A stretch of DNA of 64,000 nt, taken from NCBI GenBank assembly GCA_026023565.1, contig JAPETS010000058.1, positions 62,001 through 126,000 of the forward strand. Direction: 5' to 3'. This DNA comes from Cirrosporium novae-zelandiae. Its lineage: Eukaryota. Within the stretch, counting starts at the first letter, position 1, and each line of letters begins with the position of its first letter. The position numbers and the translations under genes were made by a program. The notes under the pieces were generated by a model, which worked only from the letters and a program-made list of their open reading frames with translations, ran no database searches and was not told where the DNA came from. Positions 1 to 13,142 of the stretch are shown here, one piece after another.

Positions 1-111
1 AGTTGTTGAATTCTTGGGCCAGGTTAGCATGGGAGTTTCGTTTTAGATTGGCTTTGGCTTTTGACCAACTATCCTGTTCAGATCATCAGAGCTTAGGAAG
101 CTAACGTCCAT

Positions 112-507
112 TCAGTCCGTGATATATCCCTTTGCGCCATCATTCTGAACATGAAGAAATTTTTGATTTCCGGATGAATAGGCAATCTGCCAAAACACAG
201 GCTGCTGAATCATTGATATGTATGACATTGAAATGGCATAGAAATACCAGGCTTCCTGAAGCTCAGATTCCGCGTCATGAACCGCCACACCCCAAAGGCC
301 GTCGATTTGATCGTTTATCACACTAGTGATTCCACCAAAGAGCTCATTTTCGAGAGCCTCGCCAAGTTCAGGCTCGCAATTCTGAAAGCAAACTTCCGAA
401 TGATATTTAGCAGGTATTTTCTCGACATTAAAGTATGGTGCCGCATGGGCAAGCTTGTGGCAGATTAAAATTGCAGTTTTGAAGTTGTATAACCGTACTT
501 TCGGCAT
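112..507 (-). CDS. Hypothetical protein or relic exon, divergent from ETF beta; may be incomplete
   Basis: 131-aa ORF with protein-like composition; no recognisable motif. Confidence 0.25.
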   Translation of the reverse strand: MPKVRLYNFKTAILICHKLAHAAPYFNVEKIPAKYHSEVCFQNCEPELGEALENELFGGITSVINDQIDGLWGVAVHDAESELQEAWYFYAISMSYISMIQQPVFWQIAYSSGNQKFLHVQNDGAKGYITD

Positions 508-808
508 CGCACAGAATAGAATCTAAACAACGTATGTTTCTCTTTCATAATCAAATTGAGAGTGTATAAAACGTATCAAGAGCGCGAAGTAGTACAATGT
601 TATGTCGAGGAACCTGTTGGATATTGCCCAAAGTGGAGTTAGTGCAAGATTGATGGTCATTAGCCGAGGCAACTTTTCATCACAATTCTACCGAACATCG
701 GACTGTTACGACTAATTTGATTCCTTGAGAATCAAGAATTATTCAACAGTCTCCTCTCTCTCCTCATTGCTACAGCTAACCGGAGCAGCTCTTATATCTT
801 TTCTAATC

Positions 809-1742
809 ATGTCGACGCCTTTACGAATCTTGGTTCCCGTGAAGAGGGTCATTGACTATGCTGTATGAAGCTGACTTCTACATACCCTCTCACATGTCAT
901 GAATTCCGAGTCTTGATATGTCGTTCGGTACAATGTGATCACTATTAAACTAACAATCTACTTATTACAGATAAAACCGCGGATTAACAAGGCCCAAACT
1001 GCTGTTGAGACCGCTGGCGTAAAGCATTCTATGAACCCTTTTGATGAGCTCTCCATCGAAGAAGCTGTCCGACTTCGGGAACGAAAACTACCTGTTGAAG
1101 ATATTATTGCATTCTCTGCTGGCCCTACCAAGGCTCAAGATGTGCTGCGAACGGCAATGGCCATGGGAGCGGACCGGAGTATTCATGTCGAGATCACTGA
1201 TAAGGATGGTGACCTGGAGCCATTAAGTGTGGCCAAGTTAATAAAAGGTGTTGTGGAGAAAGAGAATCGGAACTTGGTGATTTTAGGGAAGCAATCGATT
1301 GATGATGACGCAAATCAGACAGGCCAAATGTTGGCTGGATTGCTGAATTGGCCTCAGGCAACGCAGGCTTCCAAGGTTGAATTCAAGGGTGAAAATGTAG
1401 AGGTCACAAGAGAGGTTGACGGGGGAGTGGAAACGTTGAGGGCAAAGCTACCAATGATCATTACGACCGACTTAAGACTGAACGAGCCTCGCTATGCTAG
1501 CTTACCGAATATCATGAAGGCCAAGAAGAAGAAGCTAGAGAAGAGAACACTAGAGGATTATGGTGTTAGTTCTGAGAAGAGACTAAAGACGATCGAGATC
1601 ACAGGTAAGTGCAGGGAGTTGGCTATTGGCATTCGGAGTGGGTTGCTGATGGATGACAGAGCCACCTCCAAGAAAGGGTGGTGGGAAAGTGGAAGATGTC
1701 GATGGTCTGATAGCCAGGCTGAAAGAAAAGGGAGCACTGTAG
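809..1742 (+). CDS. CIR1: Electron transfer flavoprotein beta subunit (exons 809-862, 971-1604, 1660-1742)
   Basis: MSTPLRILVPVKRVIDYA|IKPR..SMNPFDE..GKQSIDDD..DLRLNEPRYASLPNIMKAKKK..EPPPRKGGGKVEDVDGL; two GT-AG introns keep the frame. Confidence 0.95.
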
Positions 1743-3539
1743 CGATTAACTTAGAATCCAGACCGAATCTGTAATAAGCAGAACTCCATTACATGTAGGC
1801 AAAAACGCAAGGTACCTAGGTATCTAAGGGTGGGATAGTTGGGGATAGCCTAGCCCTTTAATGATGCCTTACACAGGACACAGCGTTAAGCGACTACGCC
1901 CTTTAAACCTGCGCCCTTCGGATTATATTTGGTTTATAAAAACAACTCTCCTCCCTTTCATCGAGTTTCCTATTTTTTTTGCCTCCTTCAACCCTTCGAT
2001 ATTACGCCCCAACGTAAAGGGCAAACGTTCACCCAATCCATCATTCTTTTTCTCTTTCATTTGTTCTGCTCAATCTCAATATTGCTAATTGTTCTAACGG
2101 ACTAGCGAGCCCAATGGCAGATATTTCCAAGTACGAATTCTTCCCCTATCAATTTCCGTGGAGATGGGGCCGCTTTGGTCCATTGCAGCCTGGCCCTTAC
2201 TTATTCCCCTCTCATGAAATCGTCTACACCTTGCCAACCACATATCCCTTTCCTTTCCCCCCCCTCTCGGACCAGCCTTTAGGTTCCTCAACCACACAGA
2301 TATGAACACATGAGTCCAGGCGGAAGGATTCTTTACTGCTCATACCCCTCTAGTTTGATATGCCGCCCCTTCGTATTCAGGGTAGCTATCCTCATACATC
2401 CCGTGAACTGATGGGGGACTCTTCTATTGGAAGTTGCTCTGCATTAATCGATAACAAGCTTATTTCATCGGGTGGCATCCATTATGCCGCCCCCTGGAAT
2501 CTCAGAGTTATCCGAATCTTGAAAAGTCGAACCCATCCGTCTGCCTCATCAAAGCATTTTCAACCTATCAAAGGATAACACGGATGACGAATATACTGAG
2601 AATTCGGCCATTGAAGAATTTGAAAAAAAATTGGCCACCTCCGTTGTTGGGAGGTTATCGGTCCAAGGGCAGAGCTTGCATTTAAGCTGAACCCATTGAT
2701 TTCATATCGAATCAAAAGAGCCGGACAGTATACAGTGTACAAACAAGGCACAAAACAACATGCGCTGGTCTTTGGCTTTTACATGATTGGAACTTCCAAG
2801 GGAAATGTCCATTTAACCCTACTGTTCGTCTGTGAAAGTAAAACGGTTGCTTTTGCTACATTGAAAATCATCAAAAAAAGTAGAGTACTGTCAAACCACC
2901 CAAAGGCAAAAATGCGCACCAATCATGACTGACCTGAAAGCCCAAATGATAACTAGCTACTGGCCAGCCCGCCTCTCGATTCTGAAGCTTCATCCCGCAT
3001 TCGCAGTCGTAACCACCTGTAATTGCGAAATTGACTTACACTGAGACTACTTAGAACCTCTAGTTCAAATAGTTCAAGCTTTTCTAAATATCAAATAAAG
3101 GAAACAGTAGCATCTCCATAACAGTCTCTACCAATATACACATTGTGTCTGGACACTGCACTATGGCGGCAGAACCGTCTACATCATCATTCCCAACACA
3201 TGAGATTTTCTAGTAGCAAATCGAGTATTGAATAACTCTGACATCGGCAGCGGGCGGGAAAGGTCGGATTCTTTGATACAAGCTTATTCCGAGGAAATGG
3301 TTTAAAAGGGGACTACCTTACTATATTCATATATAAAGAAAAGGCCTGAAGGATCCCCTTTAGGTGAAGGTGTGGAAGCCAGGAGTGCTAATTAGGGTAC
3401 CGCGTTCACCATCAAGGGAGGTGGAGAGGGAAGGATCCATTATCACTCCCGTCCCTTCCTATCTAGGATCTTATCAAGTAGATATAATTAAACTATACCA
3501 TACCCGAGATCTCCACTCCTCTAGCGCTTCAGTGTTGTT

Positions 3540-4900
3540 AAGTTACAAAAAAAAAAAAAGTCAGCCAAGATTATTTTTTATACAAACCCAGGCCCTGGAA
3601 TTCTCAAGCTAAATCAATCAACCAAGCACATATAACACACGCACACACACACATAAACCACCTATTCGATTGGTTACATTTTCCAAAATTTCTAATCAAT
3701 CCCTCTCTCTCTCTCTCTCTCTCTCCTCTCTTCCCATCAAATAAAATCACACAAAAGTCACATACAAAGAAAGTTTACAAAGACATGCAGAATTACAAAA
3801 CAACAACACAACATAGCACAGCACAATATATGTATATATATATATACAAATAAACATCCCCTTGGAGCGAAAAGAGAGGGTGGTTTAAACCCCCCCCCCC
3901 CTTTTGTTTTTTTTTTGTTTTTTCTCTCCCTTTCTTTTTCCTTTCTCTTAACAAAACCATCACAAAACGAAAAAAAAGGAAGAAAAAAGAAATCATATAT
4001 CCCCATAAATCTAAAAATCTAAAACATAACCAATAAAAAGATAACAGATCTTTAATCCTAATCCCCATCCCTAGCCTATATATAATGAACTATTTATACT
4101 ATCATGTTTAAGGAGGGAGGGATTAGGGGGTATGAAAATCAATAAAAAAACTAAAAAAGAAAAAGAAGAAGAAGAAGAAGAAATAAGAGGTATAGGGGGG
4201 GTTTCGGATTTTTGGGATTACAAGAAGAAGGGGGAGAGGGGAGAGAGAGAGAGAAAAGGGGAGAGGAAGTGGATGGATAAAAAGAACGGGATGGATAAAT
4301 AGGGGAAAGAAGTACAATAAATACATGCATAGTTGACAATACTCTCAATATATATATATATCTATCTATCTATCTAGATGGGATAGGATGGGATGGGATA
4401 GGAATCATGGGATGAGACGGATTAATTCTACCATTCGTTACAATTCGTTTGCTCGAATAAATAAATCACCAGGAATCTCCCTCGTCTCGTCTCGTCTCAT
4501 ATGAGGAGGGGTTCCCCTTCCCTTCCCTTCCCTTCCCTTCCCTTAGCCCTAACATGGTCCGTGCGGTATAGATACACTTTCTAGATAAGGGAGCTTAGTT
4601 TAAAAGCCCATAAATTCTATGAGTTGACTCCCTCAGTCTATGAAAGAGTGAGAGAGGGGCTAACATGAGAGAGCTGGCATGATTTATGTTCTTGATTAAT
4701 CTATCATGCAATATATAAGGAAAAATAAAGTAAAATATTCATTTGCAAATCTAAATATGTCAATGTCATGCCATGTTATATACAATATAGTAGTAGTTAG
4801 TTCCAGTTTATTTTAACTTCAGTTTGTTCGTTCGTTCGTAGAGTTTCCTTTCCATACAGATCCCTTCCCCCCTCTTTATTTGGCATTTTTTAATTTCCGT
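3540..4900. repeat. Microsatellite/low-complexity tract: (CA)n, (CT)n, (TA)n, poly-C/T/A, (GAA)n, (CCCTT)n, (TTCG)n
   Basis: Directly visible simple repeats. Confidence 0.85.
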
Positions 4901-4918
4901 ATTCATTTCTAGTTCAAT

Positions 4919-7097
4919 TTATACGTTAACGGATGCCTTGTCCGCACAGTTGCAGCCGCCCTTCTGACCCTCCTTCGCTGCGGCCGCCACCTCCGATGGT
5001 GTCGAGCAGAACGAAAACGGAACGTCGAGACCGGGGTTACGCTTGAAGAAATGTCTAGGTCTCAGCAGCAGCATCATGGGCTCCGAGGGCATGACGGGGA
5101 AGTCTTCTGGGGCTGGGAAATGAGTGATGCCAAAAGTGTGCCACATCACAATGTCTGTGTTGTCGATGTTCACGTCTGGGTGGTCGGATATCCACTGTGG
5201 GAGACCCAAGCTGGGTACACCTGAAGTCTGAGGAACGTGGCGGCCGGCTGGGTGGATCTGGTCGTCGTGGTACGGGGTTACGTGGATGGCGTGGCGAGCG
5301 AAGCCAGCACGATTCGAAACGAGTGAGCCTGCAGCTGGAAGGAGGGGAGGAATTTCTCGGGAGACGAGTTTGTAGGATACGGGCTTCTTGGAGTAGGGAT
5401 GGAGCTTGTTTGTGTTGGCAATGTCCCATGATCGGCCTGTGGCGCCGTCGTAGTCGGCCATAGCTTCGATAGGGGTCTTATAGGCGGTTTTCTGCGCGAA
5501 GAAGCCGTTGCCATATTTATTTTGGGGAGAGCCTACAGGGTGTGGGGAACGTGCCGCATCGACTTGGAAAATTGTGTTTTTCTCGCCATCGATTTGGGGG
5601 TCGATTCGGAGGCAGAAAAGATGCTGGTGGTTGTGGGCATTGACACCTGGGTAAACGGCAGTGCCCCAGGGAGAGGGATCTTCATTCTCATTTAGGGCAT
5701 AGGTGTTGAGGATACCGGTTAGCTTGATTTCGAGCTTGATTGTGCCGTCTTGTTGGAACACCCAGTAGATGCAGTATTCGTAGTTGGCTGCGGTGAAGAT
5801 CTGAGAGATGATGAGTTTGCGGGCACGCGTGACGATGCTGCTTCCATCTCGGAAATCCGTGTGCTTGAAGAGAATTCCATCATCTTCTTCGTGGATGCAG
5901 ATTGCATTGCGAATTGTGGTTGCGGATCCGGATCGGGTAACGTGGCTAAAGTCCATGTAGTGAATGGCGCCTTTGCAGTCACAGCCCAAGGAGAGAGAAT
6001 TTGTCAGGTATCCACCGCCGTATTCGCCGAGATCAAAGGCATGCTTGCGCTGGTGAGGGTGCTCTGGGTTACCATATGGGACAACCATTTCGGCAAGGGA
6101 GAGACGGTAAAATAGAGGACGATCGGTGTTGTTTTCTTCCCGGTCATGGTACTTGATATCACTTAAGACTAGACCCTCGCGGTAATTGAAACCAATGTGC
6201 ATCTTCCAGTTTTGCCAATCAATGACTCTGCCGTCAATATTGAAACTTACACCCTCTGGCTGTGTAATGTTAATGGGCTTGCAGTCTGTGCGGTATCCGC
6301 CTTGAGCTTCAATGGAGGCGGCGTGGTAGTTGTTTGGAGGGGCCTTGGAGAGAGGGCGACGAACAGGTGGAACGTCGATGTGAATGATTTCGTGGGTGTC
6401 TGCGTTAAAGATGGGGCAGAAGTCCAGAGGATATGTGTATTGGCAGTCATCAACATGAGGGCGGTAATACATTAGTGCCTGCTGGAGCCGAACTTTGGAA
6501 CCGAAGCGCTCATCATAGCCGATCGTCCAGGCTGTAGAGAATGGCGAGTTAGAGGAGACAAATAGTAACATCCCGGATAGGAACAGAACTTACGGTCACA
6601 GTAAACTTTCCACATATCTTCTTTGGGGATACCAGAGATTTCACACTGTTCAATGACTTTAGGATGGGCACGGCAGACATGCTCGACGATTTTAAGCTCC
6701 TCTCCTGTAATCTAGTCCCGATTAGCATAACTATCCGTAAGACATGTCCTTGATTGAAGCATACAATAGGTTGCATGCCATCAGTCAACTCCCAGTTAAG
6801 CAACTTCATCTCTCCCAAATCCACTATGGCATCCCATGTCTTGCCCTTAGCTATAGCAATAACATCTGCAACTCTGGCAGGTCTGGGCGCCTTTTCAGGA
6901 TCGGCCAACCATGCCTTCATCTCGACCTTGCGGGGTTCCCATAATGTAACGGTATTGAAGAAGACATCTGGGTGTTCCTTTCGGACGACAGAGACGGCAG
7001 CTTCAATTTCTGCTTCAGAGAGAGGGTCAAATGGGTGAGGGGGGTCACTAATGCCCGTGACATGGTGCGTCACTTGCTTAAGACGATCGATAACCAT
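4919..7097 (-). CDS. Copper-containing (TPQ) amine oxidase (exons 7097-6765, 6711-6594, 6531-4919)
   Basis: HPFDPLS N-terminus, TAANYEY TPQ consensus, HNHQH and THFP copper ligands, LGCDC, PEDFPVMP. Confidence 0.95.
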
Positions 7098-8314
7098 GAT
7101 TGGGTATTGTAAGATAGTAAAGAGGTTAAAACTGAAATAAAGCTATATTCCAAGCTGTAGACAATTGGAGTAGAGAGGTTATGAGTAGAGAGTGGGGAGT
7201 GAGGAGTGGGGAGAGGAGCGAAGGCTGCAAAATCAATTGAACACGGTAGCACAGGATGAACGAGAGGAAAGACGATTATATATAATAAAGAAAGAAAGAG
7301 ATGAATAAATGAATTGCATGAACATTGGAGATAGCTATAGTGATTTTGAGAGCCAATTGGCTGGGATTTAATCGGCAAGAAGTGGGACATGATGGACGAT
7401 AAGGATCAGGACGTGATAGACAATTATCTTCGGGTTATTTGACCAGATACAGTCTAGCTCATTTGGGTTAAACCTCATCGGGAATTCGAGTCCATAGAAT
7501 TGCCCATTAACGTCCTCCCATCCCCATAGATAACTACCATGGTACACATATACTTTTCCAATGCCATAAATACTGACCACAATGTTTGATACACAATACA
7601 TAGTAATGGAATTTGCTGATCATCCTTACTCCTAGCTCCCTTGCGTATACATACCATATTAGGATTCATCCAAGAAAAAAAATAAAAAAATAAATAAAAA
7701 CTTCCCCACCTGGTTCTAGCTTTATCCTAGGGATACAGCTTACATCCTGCAGTTAGATAAGTCCTTGGGTCTCCTTCATCCCATGAAGAGCAAGTCCATG
7801 CGAACAAAACCCATCAACCTTCAACCTTCAAAGCATCCCCCTCACAACACCACCCTCTTGTCATTCACCCTTCAATCGTGAATGGATTTGAAGACTATGC
7901 AGGCACTCAGGTCCTAAAGATTTGGGTACGAGCTACCTAGGTAATTATTTCATCTGCTCCAACTACCAAAGAAAACTTGATAGAAAAGATAAACGCGCCT
8001 TCTCGGTGGAAACAGATATAAGTAATCCACCACCCGAAAGCCACACGTTCCGTGTCCAACCGCAATTGACAGGGCAGCCTGCAACGACCATACCAGCGCC
8101 TTTGCGTAGAACCAATATCAAATCATAGCCCACCCACCAATCAAAAGTGTAACAGCTGCCATCACGAGAATCGTCACTTTTCCGTTACCCCATGAATAAT
8201 GCGGAAGGGGCCTTTATACACAAAACGCCAAGCGTCATCCATATCTCTCTCGAGAATTTGCTGTATTTCCGTAAAATGTACACCTGAAGATGATATCAAC
8301 TCCCCCTTCCCCAC

Positions 8315-9846
8315 TCAACCTCTGTTGTATTGGAAGCTCCCAAATGCTCCTCCTGCCCCAGGCGTTAAGCTCCCGGAATTGTTGATTTGAGGATGCGGCC
8401 CTGGTGTCGTCTGCTGTGGAGCCATGCCCACAGGTGCAGCACCTGGAGTACTAGGCGAGACCCCATTGTACAATGTGACGCCATTCATGTTGGGGGTACT
8501 TTGGTTACCAGGGATAGCCTCCGACTGGCCAAATCGGGCGCCACCAGCTGTTCCAAAGAAGAGCTTTCCATTGTATAGCTCCTTATTAATCTCCCCACCG
8601 AAGAGAACCCGTCTCATGCTCCAGAACACCGATCCCCGGTGCACAGACAAAGTACTTGCTTCCAGTGTTCCCTCGGGACGTTTGATATTAAGGCACTCTC
8701 CAAATTCCTCCATCTTTGCAGCCGGTAAACAGTTATTCAGCACGTGCGTTGCCTGTTGGCTAAGCGGAGAGCCATTGGCCGACTGCGTAGCGGTTACATC
8801 TGTCCTCAAGTACTTGATGTCGTAGAACGAAGGAAAACATATATGAATAAGATTGACAAATTCATCTTTCGATATAGGCATGGCTCTGCACAGCATAATC
8901 TTGACCAGGTGGCCAAAATCGTAGGCAGCATGTGCAGATAACCAGGTAACATCTTCATTTAATACCAACCCTGAGCTCATCAACAGCGCTCCAAAATCAA
9001 AGGGATCTATTCCGTTATTTTCATGCATCTCCCAATCCGTGTGTTTGCTTTGTTCTTCCAAAAAGTCCGAGGGAGCCATGTCTTGAGCGGGTGAATATTG
9101 AAAGTTGAATTGCCAGGTGCACGGGTATGCCACACCACCGTTCATTGCGTTCACGCTAGGCATATCGAATCCCTCGGCAGGTGGTAGCTGGCCGTCATCA
9201 GAGAAGAGCGTGATTCCAAGTTTGAGAGCTTTCAGCATGTCGACATTACACCGTGTACACTGGTAGTGATATTCTTCTTTGTCGACAAACTTTCCCATCG
9301 GTCTTGCCGTAATTCCTGGAAACAATACGTCCTTGTGAATAGTTAGCTTATATCCGTAACCGGCAATCTCTGTGGCGAACATAGGCATACCAAAGAGATG
9401 TAGGGATATTTCTCGACTAACAATCTTAATGTCGCCATTTCTTGGGCAAGATTGTTCCCCCACACTTCCCGTATTCTCCCCGGTCGTTTCCCGTTCATAA
9501 TATTGTGTACTGAATTTTCATGTGCTTGTTGCTGTTGCATGGCTGCCCCCCGCGCAAACCCCATCTGCGCGCTGTGGCTAGCGAGACCTGCCCCTCCACT
9601 GTCCACGTATCCTCCACCTCCACCACCGAGGCCTGCAGTTAAACCATTGATACCGTTTGTAGAAAAGGCGCTGAGTGCGGCGTTTGAGTTTCCAGGTATA
9701 AAGTTGTGCGATGAAAAGGCAGAGGTATTAGAGAGCTGTGCAGTGGAGACAGGATGTTGTTGAGGATGATGCGAATAGTGAGGTTGTTGGTATTGGCTGA
9801 ATGTAGCAGGCATGCCTTGCTGGACGGCATATCGTCCTAAGGGCAT
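8315..9846 (-). CDS. POP2: CCR4-NOT deadenylase subunit CAF1/POP2, divergent active site (exons 9846-9391, 9331-8315)
   Basis: RIREVWGNNL, KYPYISL|DVLFPG, YHYQCTRCNVD, TWQFNF, GIDPFDFGALLMSSGLV, YDFG, FYDIKYL; Q/H-rich N-terminus. Confidence 0.9.
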
Positions 9847-10264
9847 CGCTGCTGATTTCGAATCTATGACTCTGGGATTGAGGTTTTTGTTTGTAGAGGT
9901 AGGCAAACGATAGGCCGGGCTTTCATGGGTCGATTTATAGAAATAAGGATTCGTTGACGACTTCCAAGATTGACGACGTAAAGAGGATTCAGATTATCGA
10001 GTATTGAGGGTAGAAGATCTGAGGTCACGTCGCGTCGTTGGCTCAATTCACATCAAACTGCGCAAATGTCTGGTGTTGCTATCCGAACTTTCGTTGGGTA
10101 GAACCTAAGCTCAGAACGTGCATCACCACTTCGATATCAACTACATTAACTCCACTCTTCAGGTTTATAATTTATTTTCTCTTCAGCTCTGCGAGGTCCG
10201 CATGCTTTTTCTTCTGTCAATTACCAATTGGGCTAATATACTTAACAGCCATATCCTACTCACC

Positions 10265-10579
10265 ATGCCTCCACGAGCCAACCTCACCGGCTTCGATATC
10301 CGGAAGCTCGCAGCTTCAACCGGACAGCCCGCAAACGATCCCTGGCGTCGAGCGTGAGTCGCTCTCCTCGACTATCTGCTACGTCTCCATATATGCTAAT
10401 CTTGTGGCTTGGTTTTTAGGGAAGCATGGCGCTATCATGGCCCATTCTCGCGCTTCAACCGTTTAAAGGGAAGTTTTCCGGGTCTAGGAATAGCTACTGT
10501 TGCATTCGCCGGATATTGCGCATATGAATACATGTTTTTGAATGACGATAGTCATGCACATGCAGAGGAACACCATTAG
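10265..10579 (+). CDS. NADH:ubiquinone oxidoreductase B12 (NDUFB3-like) subunit (exons 10265-10353, 10420-10579)
   Basis: Spliced product ..DPWRRAEAWRYHGPFSRFNRLKGSFPGLGIATVAFAGYCAYEY..HH; GTGAGT/GCTAAT/TAG intron; not called intact by the ORF track. Confidence 0.9.
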
Positions 10580-11017
10580 ATGGCCTTACTGCTCGAAAAA
10601 CCAAAGTGAGATGGTGTTAGATTCACACAGCTCCGTTGGTTGAAGGCAAGGCTACAGATGGAAGATTAAGATATCTACAAGGGCGTCCGGCGTATGTTGA
10701 GCTGAAATGCTCATTGTATATATGGGAAAAGGCTTGTTTATTGGTACCTGTGCCGATTTGCTGTCAACCTCGTGCGATGGAAAGCATGCCATCATCTTCA
10801 TTACAAGTTCCCAGGTGCTCCTCTATGAAGGGCCCTGTGGCCCGGAAGGAATTCCAAGAGAATCCATGTTAGATGAAGTAGAGAAATTTCATATTTACGT
10901 GATCTCACACTCGTGTTTGCATCTTATCCAAAGGCCAGAAAACCCACAGTCATGATATACGCCTTTAATCCAAAGAGCGTATTCAAATTATATATTATTA
11001 TTATAAAACAGTCATGT

Positions 11018-13142
11018 CTACGGATCATTCTCATGCGACTCGTGTAAATCAGGTACAAAGCGCCTCTCGTGGACATCCCTATGCAAACTAAAAAATCGAC
11101 CCAATGTGCCACTCAAACTGCGTCCTCTTCTTGGTCTTCTTTCCTCTTCATTGCCCAATTCCTCATCGTCAGTTTGGGCTTCATCAAATAAAGGTACATG
11201 TGCTCGCTCTAGGGGTTCATCCATCATTGCCTCACCGTGGGTCGTTACTGCACGATTTAAGTGTGGCCTTCTCCTCTTGAGCCTAAGCTTCTTCTTGGAA
11301 GGAGTGACATCTAACCCTCTTCGTATATTGTCTGCAACTATCGCACTAAGTGAAGAAGAAGGGAGAGGTGACGCCAACGGACCGCCGAGAATGCGCATAA
11401 GAGATGCTCGTGACAATGTTGATTTCGAGGTACGTTCTTGTGTCAAGGGTGATTGTAGCTGGTGGGAATTCCTGCGAGGAGTTTCTAAATCGACAGGTAG
11501 CCGGGCTTCTGATGGGAGAACCGGAGAAGAAGTTGTGTTGACCAGGCTGCGGAAATTGCTCGCCAACTCTTCCCGAGAACTAAGCCAAGGATTGTGGAAA
11601 GGTGAGGGGGTGGCAGGAAGAGACCGATCTAGGAATCCTTCACTGTCTTCGTCGGGAGTAGTGAGAGTAATCGATGGTGTCCGAGGGACACTTTCTGCCT
11701 CGTGAAACGGGGTAAAAGGGATTGGGGGGCTAGCTTTTGAGTTCTGTCGAGTCTTGATACTTTGCCCATCTTGGGTACCAACGTCGTCGTGATAGCTTTC
11801 TTCATCAACAAGACCAATTGTACCCTCTTCATCGGTTTCACCTTCATTATCCATGTCGTCTGTTTGCGGCCTCCCGCTTGTAATCAGGTATACTCCCAAG
11901 AATGTCATAACACAGCCACCAAAGAACTTGCCACCCCTCGAGGGTGACATGGATTCAAAATCTCTGTACAAAACTGCGCTTCCGATAATAACGGAGATTG
12001 TGAAAAATACAAACTGTGTTGGAATGACCTGAGTGGAATTGAAACGTTGCAAAGCACGATTAATGTACCGAATCTGCATCAAAGCACTGGTGACCAGAAT
12101 TGCACCGAGGAGATAGGTAATTGGAAACGTCAACGTTCGCCAGAGGGTATCAGAAAGTAGAGAGGCCAGCCCCTTTGTCGATAAAGCTGTGAAGCCACCT
12201 AAAACGAAATTCAGTGCGTTAATGGTAAAGTAAGAATGACGGTGCCCTACCAAAAAGCCCAACCAACCCAATATCAATGAATAGAGATTTTTGCCCATAT
12301 ATACCACTTGCCCACATTAGGACCAAAATGAAGAATACAACAATCCCCAGGTATGCTTCAAATTCCCAACGGGTGATAGCGCTCCATAGGTCATGAGGTC
12401 CCATTTTCTCCTCTGAACTCCGAGCAGAGAGGACCACGGTAACGGCACCTCCGATGGCAACCAACACACCCCAAAAGTCCTTTTGTCGAAAGGATTCCTT
12501 TAACATAATTGGAGCAATGATACAATTCGAGATGAGAGCAACCACTCCAAGCGGAGAGACAATGGAAGCAGGCGCGAACCCATAGGCCAGAAAATTTCCC
12601 GTCTCGCCAAGGGTCATTAGGATGATGCCCGTCCACCAGTATGGAGAAGTTAGATAAGATGGTCGTTCATTATCGTCATGTTTCTTCTCGGATGGCGTCA
12701 TGGTTGACTCGGAGGTATGAGAGATGAAAGAAGCCAAGAGCGGATTCGTCTCTCCATCTTCACTGGGATGTTCAGGATGATATTGTTCCTCCTCGTCCAT
12801 AGGTGGGGCTTCCAGGTTTATCCGCTCTCTTTCTTCGGCGATATTCTCTTGCACGGATTGTACGGCTCCATATCCTCTGTCGGACCCATTCTGCGACTTT
12901 TTTAATTTTAATGGGTGGTTTTTCTGAGCTTCCCGGCTGATGCGGACATGCGCATATCGTTGTAAATTCAGGGCGAAGGATATTAGGATATTTCCAACAA
13001 TAGCTGTGACGATGCCTATGAACGAGGACCACTCGCGCAGCTGGCTATCGTCATCATCGGTTGCTTTGAGCCATGTTGTATTTAAAGGGGAAAGAGTGAA
13101 CAAGGTAGGTATATTGGAATATGTAGAGTAAAGAACGGGCAT
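11018..13142 (-). CDS. NIPA/DUF803-family putative Mg2+ transporter (exons 13142-12251, 12198-11018)
   Basis: GNILISFALNLQRYAH, SPYWWTGIILMTLGETGNFLAYGFAPASIVSPLG, NRALQRFNSTQVIPTQFV; multiple TM segments. Confidence 0.9.

Noticed and set aside
3758..4348. Hydrophobic ORFs in SSR tracts (also 47919-48341, 49063-49501, 61459-61749)
   Set aside because: Translations of microsatellites and homopolymers
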